In this document: positions 32,908 to 43,085 of the stretch, in pieces
Numbering within the stretch: the first letter of the stretch is position 1
Layout of the letters: each line of letters starts with the position of its first letter
Assembly (NCBI GenBank): GCA_030650415.1
Contig: JAUSEG010000017.1
Location: forward strand, 16,885 to 80,884
Origin: a bacterium
GTDB lineage: Bacteria > Patescibacteriota > Patescibacteriia > Patescibacteriales > GWC2-42-12
Direction of reading: 5' to 3'
Length of the DNA: 64,000 nt
Notes under the pieces: generated by a model
Told to the model about the DNA's origin: nothing
Database searches by the model: none
Seen by the model: only the letters and a program-made list of their open reading frames with translations
Translations under genes and position numbers: made by a program

Positions 32908-33471
32908 TTATAAGCTTGACAAATTAAGTTTGGCGTTAATTTCAAAGTCAATATTTTCTTTTTCCAGAATATTTTTAATCGGAAATTCAATATCTCTAAA
33001 ATAGTCGGCGTTCTCCATTTTTCCCTTAAAGTCCAGAAGACTGCTTCTAAGCTTAGCCTTGCCTTTGATTTTTATCGTTTGTGCCGCAGAATCAAGTTTA
33101 ATATAATAAAAATTAATATCAGGCGGCGTCATTTCGGCCAGATCTTTAATTAAGTTTGACCAGGGGATGAATTCGTTCTGAATTTTTACAATAAAATTTA
33201 ATTTATTGTTTATCTCTCGAACATTATTATTATAGCCCTGATTGGATTTTGTGACTAAGGTCGTCTGGCTGACGATTTCATTGAATTTTGACTGAAGGAT
33301 AACTCTTGCGACCAGAAGAACGATAGCAATGGCAATTATAATAATTATCAAAGTCAAATTAACGGTTTTTATAAAACTGTAAATATGGCGCAATTTGATT
33401 TCTTTTTTTTGTCCCGAAGAAATTAGGTTTAAAGTTAGCATAGTGGATGGCAATTTATCAATATTCGTCAA
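32908..33471 (-). CDS. pilN: PilN-like pilus assembly protein
   Basis: 187 aa. LNLISSGQKKEIKLRH then a TM helix is typical of the PilN N-terminus. It overlaps the pilM stop. Confidence 0.6.
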   Translation of the reverse strand: MTNIDKLPSTMLTLNLISSGQKKEIKLRHIYSFIKTVNLTLIIIIIAIAIVLLVARVILQSKFNEIVSQTTLVTKSNQGYNNNVREINNKLNFIVKIQNEFIPWSNLIKDLAEMTPPDINFYYIKLDSAAQTIKIKGKAKLRSSLLDFKGKMENADYFRDIEFPIKNILEKENIDFEINAKLNLSSL

Positions 33472-34639
33472 TGAAAATTCCTCTTAAAGCCAGCCCAATA
33501 GCGGTAGCATAAGCGGCGCTGGTGTTTTGTTTAATGGATAAACTTTTTTCTTCACACTTTGAATCGAGTTTAGGAGTTTTAATGTCGAGCACGTGTTTTT
33601 CTGTAAAGAATTTATTAAACCTGGCTTGGTCTTCGTTCAGGTTGGTTAAAGTGTCGGCTAGCCTTACCTCAACTGGCAATTCTTGGCCAATAATTTTTAC
33701 CAGATTGGTTATATTGGCGCCGCCGCCACTGAGTAAGATTTGATTTAACGCGCCGTGTTCGCAAAAGTAATTTTCATAATACTGAATGGCTTCTTTAATC
33801 TTTTCCACCAGATTTTTTACCGTATCGGCCAGGATTTCTTTAATTACCCCGTTAGCTTTAGTTTCATCCATGCCACAGATTATTTTAGCCTTTTCCGCCT
33901 GTTCTTTGGTCAGAGCCAGCGCCTTGGAAATTTTCGCAGTAACTTCTCCGCCGGAGATTGGCATGCTAACGGTAAAAAGAATGGTGTTATTGGAATAAAA
34001 AATCATGCAAGTATGATCGGCGCCAATATCAATCAAGCCGTAATTTATGCCGATTTCCGGTTTATTCTTAGTTCCGGAAATTAATGGTTTTAAATTGGGA
34101 GCCTCTTCTTTTAAGAGGCTCCGAGCGATAGCCGTCGGCTCAATTTCCAAGGCTACCGGGGATAGCTTCGCTTCATCAAGCATGGCCGTATATTGATCGA
34201 CTATTTCTTTGGGCGCGGCGCCGATTAAGATAAAATATTTTTCGGTTGTTTCTTTTATCACTTGCCAGTCGTAGTAAATCTCGCTTTTTGACAGCGGAAC
34301 ATGTTTTTCTATTTCACTGCCGATAATGTCGATTAAGGCATTAGGTGATTTTTGAACTTCAATTGATTTAATAAAAGTTTTTGATTCCGGCAAGCAGGCG
34401 ACCACTTCCTTGGAGCTGGTTTTACCGAAGGCGGGTGAGGAAACGATTTTTCTAATTGCCTTAATTAGTTCGGGTTTATTTATTATTTCGCCTTTATTAA
34501 TTGTATTTTTTGGCAAACTTAACTTTCCTAAGGCCTGGATGGTTATTTTATCCCTGACTTTGTTAAGTTGGACCAATTTTATGGATAAATCCGAAATATC
34601 TAAACCAATCGGGTAAGTTGAGTTATTAGTTAATATCAT
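33458..34639 (-). CDS. pilM: Type IV pilus assembly protein PilM (actin-like ATPase fold)
   Basis: The ATG at 34639 (MILTNNSTYPIGLDISDLSIKLVQL...). GLDIG-type phosphate motifs (IGLDISD, GLIDIGADHT, LLSGGGANI). Confidence 0.8.
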   Translation of the reverse strand: MILTNNSTYPIGLDISDLSIKLVQLNKVRDKITIQALGKLSLPKNTINKGEIINKPELIKAIRKIVSSPAFGKTSSKEVVACLPESKTFIKSIEVQKSPNALIDIIGSEIEKHVPLSKSEIYYDWQVIKETTEKYFILIGAAPKEIVDQYTAMLDEAKLSPVALEIEPTAIARSLLKEEAPNLKPLISGTKNKPEIGINYGLIDIGADHTCMIFYSNNTILFTVSMPISGGEVTAKISKALALTKEQAEKAKIICGMDETKANGVIKEILADTVKNLVEKIKEAIQYYENYFCEHGALNQILLSGGGANITNLVKIIGQELPVEVRLADTLTNLNEDQARFNKFFTEKHVLDIKTPKLDSKCEEKSLSIKQNTSAAYATAIGLALRGIFIDEY

Positions 34640-34668
34640 AGATATATTATACCATAAAAAACCGATAA

Positions 34669-35907
34669 TTAATATTCTTCCTCCCAATGTTCAACCGTCA
34701 TGACCGGGGAAATTGAGCTTACGCCCAGAGCCTCGTTGATTATACTGTTGTCGTAATAAATATTTATTGGCAGCCAAACGCTGGTGATGGTTAGCTTCCT
34801 GCCAATCAGGCCGCCGGTTATAGAATTAGTAAAACCCAGGGGCAGGCTTAAGAGATTAAATTGATCGTTGGCGTAAACTACGCCGGTAATATTGATGTTG
34901 CCGCTCCATAAATCAAAGTTGACCTTTCTTTTGGCGAAAATTCCCGATCGTTGCCCGGCTATTCTAGTAACAGTTAAGTGGCTGTTGCCGCAGCGTGATC
35001 CCCGGCAACGGCTAGAGGCAAGGTTAAAATCGCGGCCGGCGGCCAATAGTCCTTTAACGACTAAAGTTTGCGCTCCGTAAACATTTATATCGCCGTCAAC
35101 GTAAGTTATTGGCCCGTTTAAAGTTAGGTTTTGATTATTCTGCATTAGAGTGTCGAATTGAGCTTGCGTATAGACGACAGTGGCTCGATTTTTTAAAGAA
35201 TTGGCGTCGGTTGAATCGAAATCAATCGCCGGCATCTGAATAGGGGCTGCGGCCGGTTTATTGGGATCGTTAGCGGCATAGATTCTGCCGCCGACATTAA
35301 CGGTCGCGAGCCATGATTCAATGTATTGGTTAACGACGTTTAAATTTTCATCAACGTTAACGGTGCTCAAAAGCTTAATGTTATAAACATTGTTTGAGTG
35401 CGAGCCGCCATCATGAAAGTAAATATTGCTTAAAGCAATATCGACGTTGCCGTCGGCGTAAGAGGCGTTATTCCCTATGCCGGCTTGTCCCATAGCTCTG
35501 AAAACCGCGGTTTCGACTATTCTCTGGCTGGTAGCGCCATTATTTAATCCAATAGTGCCGGTGGAAATAATCGTGCCATGAGCCAGGCTGGTGTTGGTTA
35601 TAGTTACAGTGTATGAACCGTTGCCGGCGCCGAAGGGGTCGGTTCTTGAAAAAGTTATTGTCCAGCTCGGGTTAGTTTCAAAATTTTGTTTGTAGGCGGC
35701 GTCATTTTTTAATTTCCAAACCATCTCTTGGATGCCGGCTTCGGCCAAATAGTAAGTTTTTGCTCCCCAGGACTGGCTGATGGCGATTCGATTTTCTATT
35801 AAAGCGGCATCTAAAAGATAGACGGCTAAAAACATGATTGTCGTCATCAGTAAAATCGTCATGATTAACTCTATGCCTCGATGGTTTTTTATGATGGAAG
35901 TTTTCAT
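34669..35907 (-). CDS. Large pilus-cluster protein with pseudopilin-like N-terminal helix (PilX/minor-pilin-associated?)
   Basis: The ATG at 35907 (MKTSIIKNHRGIELIMTILLMTTIMFLAVYLL...). About 410 aa, Gly/Asn/Thr-rich and beta-rich. Confidence 0.4.
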   Translation of the reverse strand: MKTSIIKNHRGIELIMTILLMTTIMFLAVYLLDAALIENRIAISQSWGAKTYYLAEAGIQEMVWKLKNDAAYKQNFETNPSWTITFSRTDPFGAGNGSYTVTITNTSLAHGTIISTGTIGLNNGATSQRIVETAVFRAMGQAGIGNNASYADGNVDIALSNIYFHDGGSHSNNVYNIKLLSTVNVDENLNVVNQYIESWLATVNVGGRIYAANDPNKPAAAPIQMPAIDFDSTDANSLKNRATVVYTQAQFDTLMQNNQNLTLNGPITYVDGDINVYGAQTLVVKGLLAAGRDFNLASSRCRGSRCGNSHLTVTRIAGQRSGIFAKRKVNFDLWSGNINITGVVYANDQFNLLSLPLGFTNSITGGLIGRKLTITSVWLPINIYYDNSIINEALGVSSISPVMTVEHWEEEY

Positions 35908-35908
35908 A

Positions 35909-36514
35909 TCAATGATTTCTGCTATAAACCATGGTATCAAGCTCAAAAAGGTTTTTATTTTTAGCAAGTTTTATGTAAATATTGACTAAACCGCTAGCTC
36001 CCCAGAATTCTAAGCCGTTAAAGTATTCTCCGACCGTCTGATCGCTAATTATCAATTCCAGGGGCGAGTTGCCGGCTTGATCAACGCTGTTATAAGTAAC
36101 ATAGGTTTCCGGCTCATTGTTAAAATAATAAGCTTTTTGAACTCGGTTAAGGTTTGTTCCTTCAAGCCGGTATAAAATATAAGTAGTCAAACTGGTATTA
36201 TGGCCGTCCTGAAAAAATATTTGATTAATTGGCGGATTTCCCGGGTCAGTATCGGTTGGAGGCAGGGAAGAAACGATGGTTTCCGATTGGCGCAGTTCTC
36301 GCGAAAGCCGATCCAGGGCGACTCTGGCATTCTGGGTTAGCTCGGCTAGATTGGAATTTTTATTATAAGCAGACTGCGAAATGGTAAACATGCTGTTAAT
36401 TAAGAGAATTAAAACCACGAATAAAGATAAGCTGATCATTACTTCTATTAAAGTAAAACCTGCCGGACTTTTGACTTGGCTTTTGACTTTATTTTTTATA
36501 AAAATTTTATTCAT
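35909..36514 (-). CDS. Pseudopilin with prepilin-type N-terminal cleavage/methylation motif
   Basis: SPAGFTLIEVMISLSLFVVLILL is the G/FTLIE class III signal. Confidence 0.8.
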   Translation of the reverse strand: MNKIFIKNKVKSQVKSPAGFTLIEVMISLSLFVVLILLINSMFTISQSAYNKNSNLAELTQNARVALDRLSRELRQSETIVSSLPPTDTDPGNPPINQIFFQDGHNTSLTTYILYRLEGTNLNRVQKAYYFNNEPETYVTYNSVDQAGNSPLELIISDQTVGEYFNGLEFWGASGLVNIYIKLAKNKNLFELDTMVYSRNH

Positions 36515-36603
36515 TTTGCTTGCCCCGTTAAATTAATTATTTTCGGGGGAGGTTATTTATTGATAGGTATTTAATCGTTGTTATTTTTCGTCTATAGATT
36601 AGT

Positions 36604-37314
36604 TTATTTAACCGGGGTAAATTTAAAAGCTGATAAAGCCTGTTCGGCTTCCTTGGTGAATTCAGCCGACTCCTCGCTGTATTTTAAAATATAATTAAGA
36701 TTATTTTTTATTAATAAAATATAAATATTTTTTATTTTGGCCATAAAGTTATTTAAAGTTAACTTCGTTCCGGCAACCCCGGCCAGAACAATCGGCTCTT
36801 CGGTTAAAGAAACCAGTCCGGGATATTTTTTAGCCTCGGCTTTAGCCTGTTGAATTTCATTGTTGGTTTCGCCGGATATAACCTCAATAGTTATGGCGCC
36901 TTGCCCGTTTTTTGGCGGTACCGCGCCTAAGGAGATATTATTTTCCGCGCGAATTCTTATCGGCCAGTCCGGAGGGAAGTTAATTTCGTAAAAATAAGTA
37001 TAATTCTTATAATAGCCCGGCTTCGCATTAGGAATAGTTTGTTTTTCTACCGGTGGTGTAACCCTTTTTACTTCTTCGTTCGGCGCGGCTGTCGGATCGG
37101 TTTTTTTTGAAGCGGTTTGATTATTACTAACCGACGCCGTCTGATTTGAAGATCTGACGTCGGGGGTTTTATGAAGGTTAGCCGCTTTAGCTAAATCTTG
37201 CCTGACTTTATCATCTAAATATTCCGTGTAGCCTAAATAACCTAAAGCTATCAGGCCTAAAATTATCACTATATTTATAATTGAGATTCCGCCCCTGAGG
37301 TTTTTCATTACCAT
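36604..37314 (-). CDS. Hypothetical membrane-anchored protein in pilus cluster
   Basis: 236 aa with an N-terminal hydrophobic helix after RGG. No recognisable domain. Confidence 0.4.
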   Translation of the reverse strand: MVMKNLRGGISIINIVIILGLIALGYLGYTEYLDDKVRQDLAKAANLHKTPDVRSSNQTASVSNNQTASKKTDPTAAPNEEVKRVTPPVEKQTIPNAKPGYYKNYTYFYEINFPPDWPIRIRAENNISLGAVPPKNGQGAITIEVISGETNNEIQQAKAEAKKYPGLVSLTEEPIVLAGVAGTKLTLNNFMAKIKNIYILLIKNNLNYILKYSEESAEFTKEAEQALSAFKFTPVK

Positions 37315-37823
37315 TGGTTTATTAAAGTTGTCGTAACGTAAGTTTTTTCCGTCTTGGAAAAAGAATTAATATAGTAAACGGTAACAGTGATTTTTTTTAA
37401 ACCCAGATCAGCCGCGGAAATTCCTAAGTTGCCATCAACATATTGCGCCTGGGTTTGCCGCTGAAAATAATATAAATAGCTGGCCGGATCCAGGGATAAT
37501 TTATGTTTAACCTCAATCACGCCCGTTGCAATGTCGCCGTAACCCAAAGAATAAAGATGTTCGAGCTGGCTTTGCGCTAAGTATGAAGCCTTGGTGGAAT
37601 TTTCAGCGGTTTTATTAATCATTAGTCCGCGGGGGAATGAATAGGCTAAGCTGATAAAGACCATGGAAAAAATAAAGAAAGCCACCATGGTTTCAATCAG
37701 AGTAAACCCCGTTAGAGAACTTTTAATAGTTGACAGTATCTTTAATGACCGTCGATTTAAGTCGGTAGTATTCTCTAACGGGGTAAATCCTTTTTCTAAA
37801 TTTTGTTTATGGCAACTCAACAT
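37308..37823 (-). CDS. Pseudopilin (PilV-like) with prepilin-type motif
   Basis: SLTGFTLIETMVAFFIFSMVFISL. Unusually long (~45 aa) leader if the first ATG is used. Confidence 0.7.
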   Translation of the reverse strand: MLSCHKQNLEKGFTPLENTTDLNRRSLKILSTIKSSLTGFTLIETMVAFFIFSMVFISLAYSFPRGLMINKTAENSTKASYLAQSQLEHLYSLGYGDIATGVIEVKHKLSLDPASYLYYFQRQTQAQYVDGNLGISAADLGLKKITVTVYYINSFSKTEKTYVTTTLINQW

Positions 37824-38262
37824 AGCCGGAGGCTTTTATATTTATAGTAGAGGTTAGATTATTGATGTTTTTTAAGATTACTTGGCCGGCCTGGCTAACG
37901 CCTCCGTAAAAATTGTAATAAACGTAGTTGTTGCTTAGGCCGGTAACTTGCTGGTAGCTTATGTCTGCGTCAAAATTTACGGTTTTAAGCGTAGTCGTAG
38001 CGGTTTCGTCCAGCCTTTGAATCAGATATCTTTTATTGGCGCTGTCAAAATATACGACATGAACTTTTTGCTGCGTGACCGCCAGCTGCTGAGCATATCT
38101 TACGTCGCTAGCTAAATTGCGCGCCGTTCCATGAAGTTTTAAGTTCGGTTGATATTTTTTTATATAAGGCAAAGCTAAGGTGGATAAAAGAATGACAATA
38201 CCAAGCACAACCAACAAATCAATCAGCATGCCGCCTCTGGAATTTTGTTTTAATCGGACCAT
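37807..38262 (-). CDS. GspH/FimT-like pseudopilin
   Basis: NSRGGMLIDLLVVLGIVILL (variant signal with Asp at the usual Glu+5 position). LHGTARNLASDVRYAQQLAV is GspH-like. Confidence 0.6.
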   Translation of the reverse strand: MVRLKQNSRGGMLIDLLVVLGIVILLSTLALPYIKKYQPNLKLHGTARNLASDVRYAQQLAVTQQKVHVVYFDSANKRYLIQRLDETATTTLKTVNFDADISYQQVTGLSNNYVYYNFYGGVSQAGQVILKNINNLTSTINIKASGYVELP

Positions 38263-38275
38263 GTTATTATATCGG

Positions 38276-39439
38276 TTAAATAGCGGAAGTTAAGGAATAC
38301 ATCGGCATAATAATCGCTACGGCCATGCCGCCGACGACCAAGCCGAGGGTTAAGATTAAAATTGGCTCGATTATCGCCGGTAAATTATTCATAGTTTGAT
38401 CAATTTCTCCTTCATAAAACTCGGCTAATTCTTCAAGCACATAATCAAGTTCTCCGGTTTCCTCGCCGACCGCGATCATCTGGACGATTACCGGCGGAAA
38501 GAGTTTTGGATAATTGCCGACGACTTCGCTGATGGTGCCGCCCTTTTTAATTTTATCGCTCATGGTTAATAAGGCCTCGCGATAATGGGTATTGCCTAAA
38601 ACTTGCGCGGTAATTTGAAAGCTTTTAATAATCATGATGTCGGTTTTTAGGAGCGAACTTATAGTTCTGGCAAAGCGCGCCAAGTTTATTTTTTTTATAA
38701 TCGTACCGAAAATCGGCAGTTTAAGGAGGACGGCGTGAAAAATATATTTGCCCTTGGCCGTGCTTATAAGTTGTTTGAAGATCAAGATAAAAACGACCGC
38801 GCCAATTATATAAAGCGCGCCGTGAGCGACCAAGCTGTCGGAAAATTTAATCAAGATTTTTGTCGGTAAGGGCAGTTCGGCGTTAAAATCTTTAAACATG
38901 CCGGTAATCTTCGGCACCACCGCGACCATCATAAAAATTCCGATGCCGCACATGGCGATTAAGATGACAATCGGATAAGTCAGGGCGCCTTTTACTTTCG
39001 AAACCAGTTCGTGATTTTTTTTAAATTGAACATAGAGTTTTTTTAAAACTTCTTCGAGCTTTCCGGAAATTTCACCCGACTCGACCATATTGACGAACAG
39101 TTGGCCGAAGATTTTTTCATGGGGCCTTAAACTTTCGGTAAAGCTTGTGCCCTTTTCAACGTTTTTTGAGATTTCATTTATTACGCCGGAGAATCTTTTA
39201 TTCTTGGTTTGTTTAGCCAGGGTTTTCAGGGCGATCGATAAGGAGATGCCGGCTTTAAGCATGATTCCCAGATATTGAACGAAAAATAATTTTTCAGAAA
39301 TCGGTATGGTGGTAAATCTTTTGAACCAAAGGCCGACTTTATTGATTTTATCTTTATTTTGGTCGGACTCCTCCGTCGCGGTTGTTTTCGCGTCGGTTTC
39401 TTTTTGCTTTTCGTTTTGACTAGGTAAGTTTATTGGCAT
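38276..39439 (-). CDS. pilC: Type IV pilus platform protein PilC (GspF family)
   Basis: 387 aa, two GspF repeats, three TM segments. C-terminal EPILILTLGLVVGGMAVAIIMPMY. Confidence 0.9.
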   Translation of the reverse strand: MPINLPSQNEKQKETDAKTTATEESDQNKDKINKVGLWFKRFTTIPISEKLFFVQYLGIMLKAGISLSIALKTLAKQTKNKRFSGVINEISKNVEKGTSFTESLRPHEKIFGQLFVNMVESGEISGKLEEVLKKLYVQFKKNHELVSKVKGALTYPIVILIAMCGIGIFMMVAVVPKITGMFKDFNAELPLPTKILIKFSDSLVAHGALYIIGAVVFILIFKQLISTAKGKYIFHAVLLKLPIFGTIIKKINLARFARTISSLLKTDIMIIKSFQITAQVLGNTHYREALLTMSDKIKKGGTISEVVGNYPKLFPPVIVQMIAVGEETGELDYVLEELAEFYEGEIDQTMNNLPAIIEPILILTLGLVVGGMAVAIIMPMYSLTSAI

Positions 39440-39449
39440 ACTTTTATTT

Positions 39450-39583
39450 AAATTCTAAATTAAAAATCCTAAACTCTAAACAAATACAAAATTCTAATGT
39501 TCAAAATTCAAAACGAATAATTATTTTAGTAATTTGGATTTTGGTTATTAGAATTTGTTTAGGATTTAGATATTAGAGTTTAG
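39450..39583. repeat. AT-rich word-repeat element, uninterrupted homologue of 2966..3154
   Basis: aaattctaaattaaaaatcctaaactctaaacaaatacaaaattctaatg ... ttagaatttgtttaggatttagatattagagtttag. Confidence 0.8.
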
Positions 39584-39595
39584 TTTTTTGCCTTT

Positions 39596-41317
39596 TTACT
39601 CCTTAGTTACTCTCATAATTTCTTCGATGGTTGTTATACCGTTTTTGGCTTTAATAAAGCCATCCTCAATTATGGTCAGCATACCCTGTTTTTCCGCTTG
39701 TTTTTTTAGTTCCGCCGGAGCGGCTTTTCTTAAAATCAGTTCGGACATCTCATCGGTAACTTCCAGAGTTTCATAAATGCCCATTCTGCCCTTATAGCCG
39801 GAGCCGGAGCATTGCTTGCAGCCTTTGCCGCGGTAAAAAAGCAAGGATTCAATGCCGCGGCTGGCGTCGTTGATAATTTTTCTTTTTTCCAGGGTTTGCA
39901 TAATATTTTCTAAGTCAAGTTGTTTTTTTAATTCTTCAATTATCTGCTTGTCTAATTTATAGCTTTGAATGCAATTAGGGCAGATTTTTCTAACTAACCT
40001 TTGAGCGATAATTAAGTTGGTAGTAGAAGCCACTAAAAAGGCCGGCACGCCCATATCGGATAGTCTCGGCAGGGTGGTCACGGCGTCGTTAGTGTGTAAA
40101 GAGGACAGCACTAAGTGGCCGGTCATGGCGGCGTGAATGGCGATTTCCGCGGTTTCTTGATCGCGGATTTCTCCGACCATAATTATGTTCGGATCTTGCC
40201 TTAAAAAAGCCCTTAATCCGGAAGCGAAAGTATAGCCGATTTTCGGGTTGACCTGCGACTGGTTAACATGGGGCATGCGGTATTCAATCGGATCTTCGAT
40301 GGTAAGAATGTTAACCTCCGGAGTGTTTAAAATATTCATCACGGTATAGAGCGTGGTGGTTTTTCCCGAGCCGGTCGGTCCGGTGACTAAAGTCATGCCA
40401 TGCGGTTTAGAGATATTTCTTTTGATGGTTTCCAGGGCGGAAGGCTGGAGTCCGAGCTGCTCCAGAGTTAATACTTGAGCTTTTTCATTTAATAAGCGCA
40501 TGACGATTTTTTCACCGTCGAAGGTTGGGATAATGGAAACTCTGAAAGAAACTTTATAGTCTTTAGCGCTTATTTTAAAGCGTCCGTCCTGGGGCAGGCG
40601 ATGCTCATCAACTTTTAAATTGGCCAGAATTTTAATTCTGGCGATTATTCCCGGTTGGACATTTTTCGGCAGGGTCATGACGGTTTTTAAAATTCCGTCA
40701 ATGCGGTAGCGGGCCAGAATATCTTTTTCTTCCGGCTCAATATGAATATCGCTGGCGCCTTCGAAAACCGCGTACTCTAAAAAAGTATCAACGATTCTGA
40801 CGATTGGCAGGTTTTCCGCCAGTTTTTTTAAATCAGTGTCGTTCGGGTCAAGATTTTCGCTGGCTAATTCCTCAAATTCGGCTTTTAAATTTTTATGGTA
40901 TTGTTTTAAAGCTTCATCAAAGCTTTTTGGAGTAGTTAAATATATTCTTGGCAGAAGATTGGTTTTTTTCTTTATAAATTCAAAAATTTCAATATTTTCC
41001 GGATCAAGACAAGCGATTTTTATTTCTTTATCATCGGCGGAGAAGGCGATTATCTGTTGGGTTCCCGCAATCGGCTCGGGGATGCTTAAGAGTACGTCTT
41101 TTCTTATAATTTGGTCTTTTAAATTGATGAATGGCACTTTAAAATAACCGGCCGCGCTTTCGTATAAGGCGTCGGAGGCGATAATTTTTTTTTCAACCAG
41201 GTAGTTTTCTATGTCTTTTCCCAGCCTTTCCGCCTCTTTAATTAATTTTTCGAATTCCGTCGGCGGCATTATATCGGCTCTTTTTAAGATTTTTTTTAAT
41301 TGTTCGTTGGATAGCAT
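39596..41317 (-). CDS. pilB: Type IV pilus assembly ATPase PilB (GspE family)
   Basis: N-terminal T2SSE_N domain, Walker A GPTGSGKTTT, Asp/His boxes, C-terminal zinc site CPNC...CKQCSGSGYKGR. Confidence 0.92.
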   Translation of the reverse strand: MLSNEQLKKILKRADIMPPTEFEKLIKEAERLGKDIENYLVEKKIIASDALYESAAGYFKVPFINLKDQIIRKDVLLSIPEPIAGTQQIIAFSADDKEIKIACLDPENIEIFEFIKKKTNLLPRIYLTTPKSFDEALKQYHKNLKAEFEELASENLDPNDTDLKKLAENLPIVRIVDTFLEYAVFEGASDIHIEPEEKDILARYRIDGILKTVMTLPKNVQPGIIARIKILANLKVDEHRLPQDGRFKISAKDYKVSFRVSIIPTFDGEKIVMRLLNEKAQVLTLEQLGLQPSALETIKRNISKPHGMTLVTGPTGSGKTTTLYTVMNILNTPEVNILTIEDPIEYRMPHVNQSQVNPKIGYTFASGLRAFLRQDPNIIMVGEIRDQETAEIAIHAAMTGHLVLSSLHTNDAVTTLPRLSDMGVPAFLVASTTNLIIAQRLVRKICPNCIQSYKLDKQIIEELKKQLDLENIMQTLEKRKIINDASRGIESLLFYRGKGCKQCSGSGYKGRMGIYETLEVTDEMSELILRKAAPAELKKQAEKQGMLTIIEDGFIKAKNGITTIEEIMRVTKE

Positions 41318-41395
41318 GGGATGATAAAGTAAGAAGTTAGAAGTAAATTGATTATTTATATTATACCATAAATTATGTTTTTATGGAAAGGTAGT

Positions 41396-41476
41396 GTCTC
41401 GCAACTCGTAACTCGTAACCCATAACTCAAAATGCGATATTAAAGAGTTACGAGCTATGAGATGTGAGTTGTGAGA
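41396..41476. repeat. Palindromic word-repeat element (ctcgtaac type; sibling at 53007..53111)
   Basis: gtctcgcaactcgtaactcgtaacccataactc ... gagttacgagctatgagatgtgagttgtgaga. Confidence 0.75.
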
Positions 41477-41519
41477 AAAAAGGTTGCGAATTATGATATA
41501 AATATGGTAAATTATAGAG

Positions 41520-41933
41520 ATGGTAATTGATTGGTATAAATTATTGAATCATTTTCACCTTGGCCGGGCTAAGCTGGCCGAAGTCGCTTGGTATCTAATC
41601 GGCTTTGTTTATGTGCAAATTTATCTTTTATCTTTATTAAGTTTAAACGCGATTAATTGGTTTTTAGCTTATTATGTTAATAAAAATGTCAGTCAGAGCT
41701 TAGTAGTCTTGCATTATAATGTAAATTTAGGCGTGGATTTAATCGGTAATGTCAGGGATATCTACGTCATTCCTACTCTGGGTCTAGCTTTTATTGTGAT
41801 TAATTTACTTTTATTATTAAATATTTATCGCCGAAACCGATTTTTGATCCATTTATTATTTGGTTTTTCTTTATTGATTAATTTATTTTTAATTGCCAGC
41901 ACAATCTCCATATATTTGATTAATTTTAGGTAA
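41520..41933 (+). CDS. Hypothetical 4-TM membrane protein
   Basis: 137-aa hydrophobic ORF ending 3 nt before mraY. Confidence 0.5.
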   Translation: MVIDWYKLLNHFHLGRAKLAEVAWYLIGFVYVQIYLLSLLSLNAINWFLAYYVNKNVSQSLVVLHYNVNLGVDLIGNVRDIYVIPTLGLAFIVINLLLLLNIYRRNRFLIHLLFGFSLLINLFLIASTISIYLINFR

Positions 41934-41936
41934 TTT

Positions 41937-42986
41937 ATGTTTGATTTTTACATCATTAAAATTTTGCTTCTAACCGCCTCGGCTTTTATTTTTGCTATTC
42001 TTTGGACGCCGCTTTTAACCCATTATCTTTATAAATATAAAATGGGCAAGCAGATCAGGAATAACGGCAGTACGCCGGTTTATACAAAAATGCATGCTCA
42101 TAAGGGCGGTACGCCGACTATGGGCGGGATTTTAGTTTGGCTGACAGTTTTAATTTTTGCTCTGGTGTTTTATTATTTGGGTAAGTTTTTACCTTGGGAA
42201 ATTTTTAAACAGCTTAATTTTTTATCAAGAAGCCAGACCCTCTTGCCTTTGGGCGCTTTAATCGCCACGGCTTTAATCGGTTTGTTTGATGATTGGCTGG
42301 ATGTCAAGGGTAAAGGAATTTTGGGCGGCGGCGGTTTAAGGGTTAAGCATCGTTTGTTAATTTATACGGTAATTGCCGCTGTTGGCGCTTGGTGGTTTTA
42401 TTTTAAATTGGACTGGGATGTTTTCCATGTGCCATTTCTCGGCGATTGGCAATTGGGCTGGCCGTATATTTTAATTTTTATTTTTGTCTTGGTATCCACG
42501 GCTTTTTCGGTCAATGAGACTGATGGCCTGGACGGTTTGGCCGGCGGAGTGCTTTTGATTTGTTTTGCCTCTTTCGGCGTGATCGCTTTTTCCACCGGCA
42601 AATATGATCTAGCCACTTTCTGCGGCGTGATCGCCGGAGCGCTTTTAGCTTTTTTATGGTTTAATATAGCGCCGGCGCGTTTTATAATGGGTGATACCGG
42701 CGCCATGAGTTTAGGCATAACCTTGGGTGTTATTGCTATGTTAACTAACTCGGCGTTGATTCTACCGATTATCGGCCTGGTTTTTGTGATTGAATCAATC
42801 TCCGTGATTTTGCAACTTTCATCTAAAAAAATCAGAGGCAAGAAAATCTTTATTTCTTCGCCAATTCATCACCACTTTGAAGCTATGGGTTGGCCGGAAA
42901 CGAAAATTGTTATGCGTTTTTGGGTCATCGCCGGTATTAGCGCGGCCATCGGCCTGGTGATATTTTTGCTCGATAAGACGATGTAA
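41937..42986 (+). CDS. mraY: Phospho-N-acetylmuramoyl-pentapeptide transferase
   Basis: KGGTPTMGG, NETDGLDGLAGG, FMGDTGAM, HHHFE are MraY signatures. Confidence 0.95.
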   Translation: MFDFYIIKILLLTASAFIFAILWTPLLTHYLYKYKMGKQIRNNGSTPVYTKMHAHKGGTPTMGGILVWLTVLIFALVFYYLGKFLPWEIFKQLNFLSRSQTLLPLGALIATALIGLFDDWLDVKGKGILGGGGLRVKHRLLIYTVIAAVGAWWFYFKLDWDVFHVPFLGDWQLGWPYILIFIFVLVSTAFSVNETDGLDGLAGGVLLICFASFGVIAFSTGKYDLATFCGVIAGALLAFLWFNIAPARFIMGDTGAMSLGITLGVIAMLTNSALILPIIGLVFVIESISVILQLSSKKIRGKKIFISSPIHHHFEAMGWPETKIVMRFWVIAGISAAIGLVIFLLDKTM

Positions 42987-42990
42987 ATAC

Positions 42991-43077
42991 AAATTTTTAA
43001 TTTTCAATTCTCAATTTTCAATGAATGATCAATTCATTAATTTTCAATTGAAAATTGAGAATTGAAAATTAAAAATT
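42991..43077. repeat. AT-word palindromic element with perfect 31-bp arms
   Basis: aatttttaattttcaattctcaattttcaat ... attgaaaattgagaattgaaaattaaaaatt, starting 5 nt after the mraY stop. Confidence 0.9.
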
Positions 43078-43085
43078 ATTTTGTT

